NCBI GenBank assembly: GCA_036270765.1
Contig: DATBBY010000089.1
Span: forward strand, 217 to 64,216
DNA: 64,000 nucleotides
Reading direction: 5' to 3'
From: Candidatus Acidiferrum sp.
GTDB lineage: Bacteria > Acidobacteriota > Terriglobia > Acidiferrales > UBA7541
The position numbers and the translations under genes were made by a program. Below are positions 60,684-64,000 of the stretch, in pieces; position 1 is the first letter of the stretch; the number at the start of each line of letters is the position of its first letter. The notes beneath the pieces are model-generated. The model was not told the origin of the DNA and ran no database searches. It was given only the letters and a program-made list of their open reading frames with translations.

Positions 60684-62384
60684 ATGCGAAGGATTCTGCA
60701 ATGCGCATTTGCAGCGATATTCATCACTGGCGCTGTTGAGCTTCAAGGGGTACCTCGACCAGTAACGGATGAACCCAATCAAGGCAGCGCCGCTGCGCAA
60801 ACTTCTCCCGATCTCGCGCGCATCGAAAACATCGTTCAGACTTACGTGTCCGACAAGAAATTCATGGGCTGTGTACTGGTGGCACGCGGAAGCAACGTGT
60901 TGCTCGACAAGGGCTACGGCTTCGCTAACCTCGAGTGGGAAATACCTAACTCGCCTGCAGCGAAGTTCCGCTTAGGATCGGTTACTAAGCAATTCACTGC
61001 GGCCTCGATCTTGCTGCTGCAGGAGCGCGGCAAATTGAAAGTGACTGACCCAGTAAAAAAATACATGCCGGACGCGCCTGCCGCATGGGACAAAATCACC
61101 ATCTTCAACCTGCTGACGCACAGTTCCGGGATCCCCAACTTTACGAGCTTTCCAGATTATGCGTCCCAGGAACCCTTCGACACCACGCCCGAGAAGCTGG
61201 TGGCTCGTTTTCGCGACAAGCCGCTCGAGTTCCAGCCCGGAGAGAAGATGAGCTACAGCAATTCCGGGTACGTGCTGCTGGGCTACCTCCTCGAGAAGAT
61301 CAGTGGCGAAAGTTATGAAAAGCTTGTTCAGGAAAACATTTTTACGCCGCTCGGCATGAAGGATTCTGGCTACGATTCAAATTCGGCAATTATGTCGCAC
61401 CGCGCCTCAGGATATGTTCCAGGGCCTACCGGTCCAACCAATGCAGGGTACATCAACATGACTGTTCCCTTGTCTGCGGGCGCACTGTATTCCACGACGG
61501 AAGACTTGCTGCGATGGGAGCAGGGCCTGTTCGGGGGAAAGTTACTGTCGCCAAGCTCGCTGCAGGAGATGACCACACCATTTAAAAACGAATACGCGTT
61601 CGGCCTGCAAGTGCACATCGTGAATGGACACAAGGTAATCGATCATGGCGGCGGCATAGAAGGTTTCAATACCACGCTCGCCTACTACCCCGACGATAAG
61701 CTTACGGTAATCGTGCTCGGCAATCTGAACGGTTCTGCGCCACAGGAGATTGCATCAAAGCTGGCGGCCGTGGCCCATGGCGAAAAAGTCGTAATGCCCT
61801 CGGAGCGCAAAGAGGTGCCGGTAGATTCGAAGTTGTTCAATGGCTATGTCGGGAGATACGAGCTGGCCCCTAACTTTATTTTAACAGTTTCGCGGGAAGG
61901 CGACGATTTGTTTACGCAGGCCACTGGGCAGCCGAAGCTTCAGATATTTCCGGAGAGCGATCGCGATTATTTCCTCAAGGTTGTCGATGCGCAGATTACC
62001 TTTGTGACCGACAGCAACGGCCGCGCCACGGAACTAATTCTGCATCAAGGCGGCAGGGACCAGCATGCGAAACGCATGGAAGGGGAGCTACCGCCGGCAA
62101 AGGAGCACAAAGAGGTCACCGTGGACCCGAAGTTGTTCAATGGCTACATCGGGAAGTACCAGCTCGCTCCGAATTTCATCATGGCGGTTACGCGGGAAGT
62201 TGATCATTTGTTTATGCAGGCCACTGGACAACCAAAGGTGCAGATATTTCCAGAGAGCGATCGCGATTATTTTCTCAAGGTTGTCGATGCCCAGATTACC
62301 TTTGTGACCGACAGCAACGGCCGGGCTACCGAATTAATTCTGCATCAGGGCGGGATGGATCAGCACGCGAAACGGATCGAGTAA
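60684..62384 (+). CDS. Serine hydrolase (beta-lactamase class C-like) with two C-terminal DUF3471 domains
   Basis: SVTK (SxxK), YSN and HGG motifs; LLTHSSG; duplicated YVGRYELAPNF domain. Confidence 0.93.
   Translation: MRRILQCAFAAIFITGAVELQGVPRPVTDEPNQGSAAAQTSPDLARIENIVQTYVSDKKFMGCVLVARGSNVLLDKGYGFANLEWEIPNSPAAKFRLGSVTKQFTAASILLLQERGKLKVTDPVKKYMPDAPAAWDKITIFNLLTHSSGIPNFTSFPDYASQEPFDTTPEKLVARFRDKPLEFQPGEKMSYSNSGYVLLGYLLEKISGESYEKLVQENIFTPLGMKDSGYDSNSAIMSHRASGYVPGPTGPTNAGYINMTVPLSAGALYSTTEDLLRWEQGLFGGKLLSPSSLQEMTTPFKNEYAFGLQVHIVNGHKVIDHGGGIEGFNTTLAYYPDDKLTVIVLGNLNGSAPQEIASKLAAVAHGEKVVMPSERKEVPVDSKLFNGYVGRYELAPNFILTVSREGDDLFTQATGQPKLQIFPESDRDYFLKVVDAQITFVTDSNGRATELILHQGGRDQHAKRMEGELPPAKEHKEVTVDPKLFNGYIGKYQLAPNFIMAVTREVDHLFMQATGQPKVQIFPESDRDYFLKVVDAQITFVTDSNGRATELILHQGGMDQHAKRIE
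61810..62381 (+). repeat. Intragenic tandem duplication, 300-bp period
   Basis: CGAAGTTGTTCAATGGCTA at 61829 and 62129; long near-identical stretches. Confidence 0.9.
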
Positions 62385-62411
62385 ACTTCTTCTCGCGGTC
62401 CAGGAGGCACC

Positions 62412-63350
62412 ATGGCCCTCCGCACAATTCTGTCCAGAGGCTTGAGAATCCTGACGGTGTGTTTTCTGTTGGCGGCCTGCTTTGCAATCGGCGGTGCGCT
62501 TTCCGGACTCGACAGGATCGGTGAGCAAACGGGCGCATCCCAGGCCGCACCGGCTGCCGCTCAGCAGGCAACGCAGTTGCCAGCAAATTTTCTTCCTAGG
62601 TTTCTAATTTTTATTCTCTCTGTTGGCGGTACGCTCTCCTACCTCATCGTCAGGTCTCATTGGCACGGCTGGACGCTCGTCGGTGCGGTTTTCGTGGGCA
62701 TGTACGGCATCTCGACCGTCGCCAGTCAGATCGACTCCGTCGCCTTCCTCTCGGACAAATTGCCTCACGGAATGATTCGAGCCCTTTTCTTGCAGGGCGC
62801 GATTGCTGCGGGTTTGTTCGCGCCTCTGGCTGTGCTGACGCTCGGCAAATGGCTGGGTGCGCCGCCTCCCGCACCTGTGTCGCCCGCTAGGCGACTGATG
62901 CTGGCTTCAATAGTGTTGCGGCTTGTCATTCTCGTTGGGGCCTTCGTCTTTTTGTACATGTTCTTCGGTTATTACGTGGCTTGGAGAAACCCGGAACTGC
63001 AGCGCTACTACGGAGGGCCGGAGCTGCCAACTTTCTGGTCCTCATTGAAGCACAACTGGACAAGCTCGCCTTGGATTTATTCGCTTGCCGCTTTTCGTGC
63101 GCTCACTTACATCGGGTGTTTGTACCCGATCGTTCGGATGCTCTACACTTCACGGCGTGAGTCGGCCTTTGCTGCGGCGCTTTTTTCGGCTTGCTGGACG
63201 ACCGTCTTGCTGCTGCCGAATCCATTAATGCCCGCCAGTGTTGCGCGCAGCCATTTTTGGGAGACGCTGGGCTTCAACCTGGTGTTCGGCGCCCTTGCAG
63301 GCTGGCTCCTTTGCGTTACTCCACTGGCGAGACAAGCGGAATCGACTTAG
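62412..63350 (+). CDS. Hypothetical multi-pass membrane protein
   Basis: AGGAGG RBS; ~8 hydrophobic segments. Confidence 0.8.
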   Translation: MALRTILSRGLRILTVCFLLAACFAIGGALSGLDRIGEQTGASQAAPAAAQQATQLPANFLPRFLIFILSVGGTLSYLIVRSHWHGWTLVGAVFVGMYGISTVASQIDSVAFLSDKLPHGMIRALFLQGAIAAGLFAPLAVLTLGKWLGAPPPAPVSPARRLMLASIVLRLVILVGAFVFLYMFFGYYVAWRNPELQRYYGGPELPTFWSSLKHNWTSSPWIYSLAAFRALTYIGCLYPIVRMLYTSRRESAFAAALFSACWTTVLLLPNPLMPASVARSHFWETLGFNLVFGALAGWLLCVTPLARQAEST

Positions 63351-63531
63351 CAGCCAGATTCGGCGGGCGTCAAAGCTATAGCGTCAGCACCATTTCACTC
63401 GGTCGGTAACGCCGAAATCCGAAAACTAAAACGAGAACGTACAAGGACACGGAAATTGAATGGACGAAACTCCGCAAAGCAGAAATAAAAATGCCGCGGC
63501 TTTGGAGCGACGTTACAAAATTCGCAAAGCG

Positions 63532-63570
63532 AAAACCCATTCCTTCCAGGCTGGGCCGGAAAGGAATGGG
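63532..63570 (-). terminator. Rho-independent terminator
   Basis: CCCATTCCTT(T)CC...GGAAGGAATGGG-TTTT on the minus strand. Confidence 0.75.
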
Positions 63571-63601
63571 CGGTGACTTGGTTCAGTTTGCTTGCCGTGA
63601 G

Positions 63602-63988
63602 TTAGTTTCCCGACTGGGCGCCGGCGGTTGCGTTGTGGTCGAACTCCAAAGCAACACGCTTTCCGCCAGGGTAAATTGCCGTTAGTTCTCTGGAACCATC
63701 TGGCTCGGCGAGAGTGCTATAGGCATCTTGAGGGTTTTGACTGGCCTGCTCGGTCACATGAGCGGACAAGGTAGCTACGGTATCTTTACCTTGCAAAATT
63801 CTTACTTGCACCGCCGGACCGGTGCCATCCCACTCCACTCGGTAATCCCCGGGTGCTAGGGATTGGCCATCGACAACGACTTTGTCTGTCAACGCAAGTT
63901 TTCCTCGATTATTTCCCGCGGCGAGTGCGGCCGAAGAAAACAAAAGTGCACTACCAAACAGCAGTGTTGAGATTCTCGACATTTTCAT
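63602..63988 (-). CDS. Small secreted hypothetical protein
   Basis: Signal peptide; V.GQSLAPGDYRVEW motif; AAGGAG RBS. Confidence 0.8.
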   Translation of the reverse strand: MKMSRISTLLFGSALLFSSAALAAGNNRGKLALTDKVVVDGQSLAPGDYRVEWDGTGPAVQVRILQGKDTVATLSAHVTEQASQNPQDAYSTLAEPDGSRELTAIYPGGKRVALEFDHNATAGAQSGN

Positions 63989-64000
63989 GAACAGCTCCTT

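Overview
Chromosomal window from a GC-rich bacterium, very probably an Acidobacteriota member. This is inferred from the orphan ADOP-type permease, VWFA-related protein, Oar-like TonB receptor, kinase-TolB proteins and many ECF sigma factors. The core scaffold (glpK, surE, tRNA-Pro(GGG), merR-like, der/engA, thiL, purB, efp) is interleaved with accessory genes: two type II toxin-antitoxin pairs, three ECF sigma/anti-sigma operons, two Ser/Thr kinases, an M16 peptidase pair and several pseudogenes. Two signals stand out. (1) A ~14-kb integrase-free accessory block lies between merR and der. It is punctuated by decayed, same-orientation fragments of those two flanking genes, which share a bipartite motif. 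This suggests an iterative gene-capture hotspot. (2) A gene-free ~870-bp locus holds two parS sites sandwiched between two different arrays of palindromic motifs, plus a candidate structured RNA. No CRISPR, IS or integrase was recognised. All alignments and counts were done by eye.
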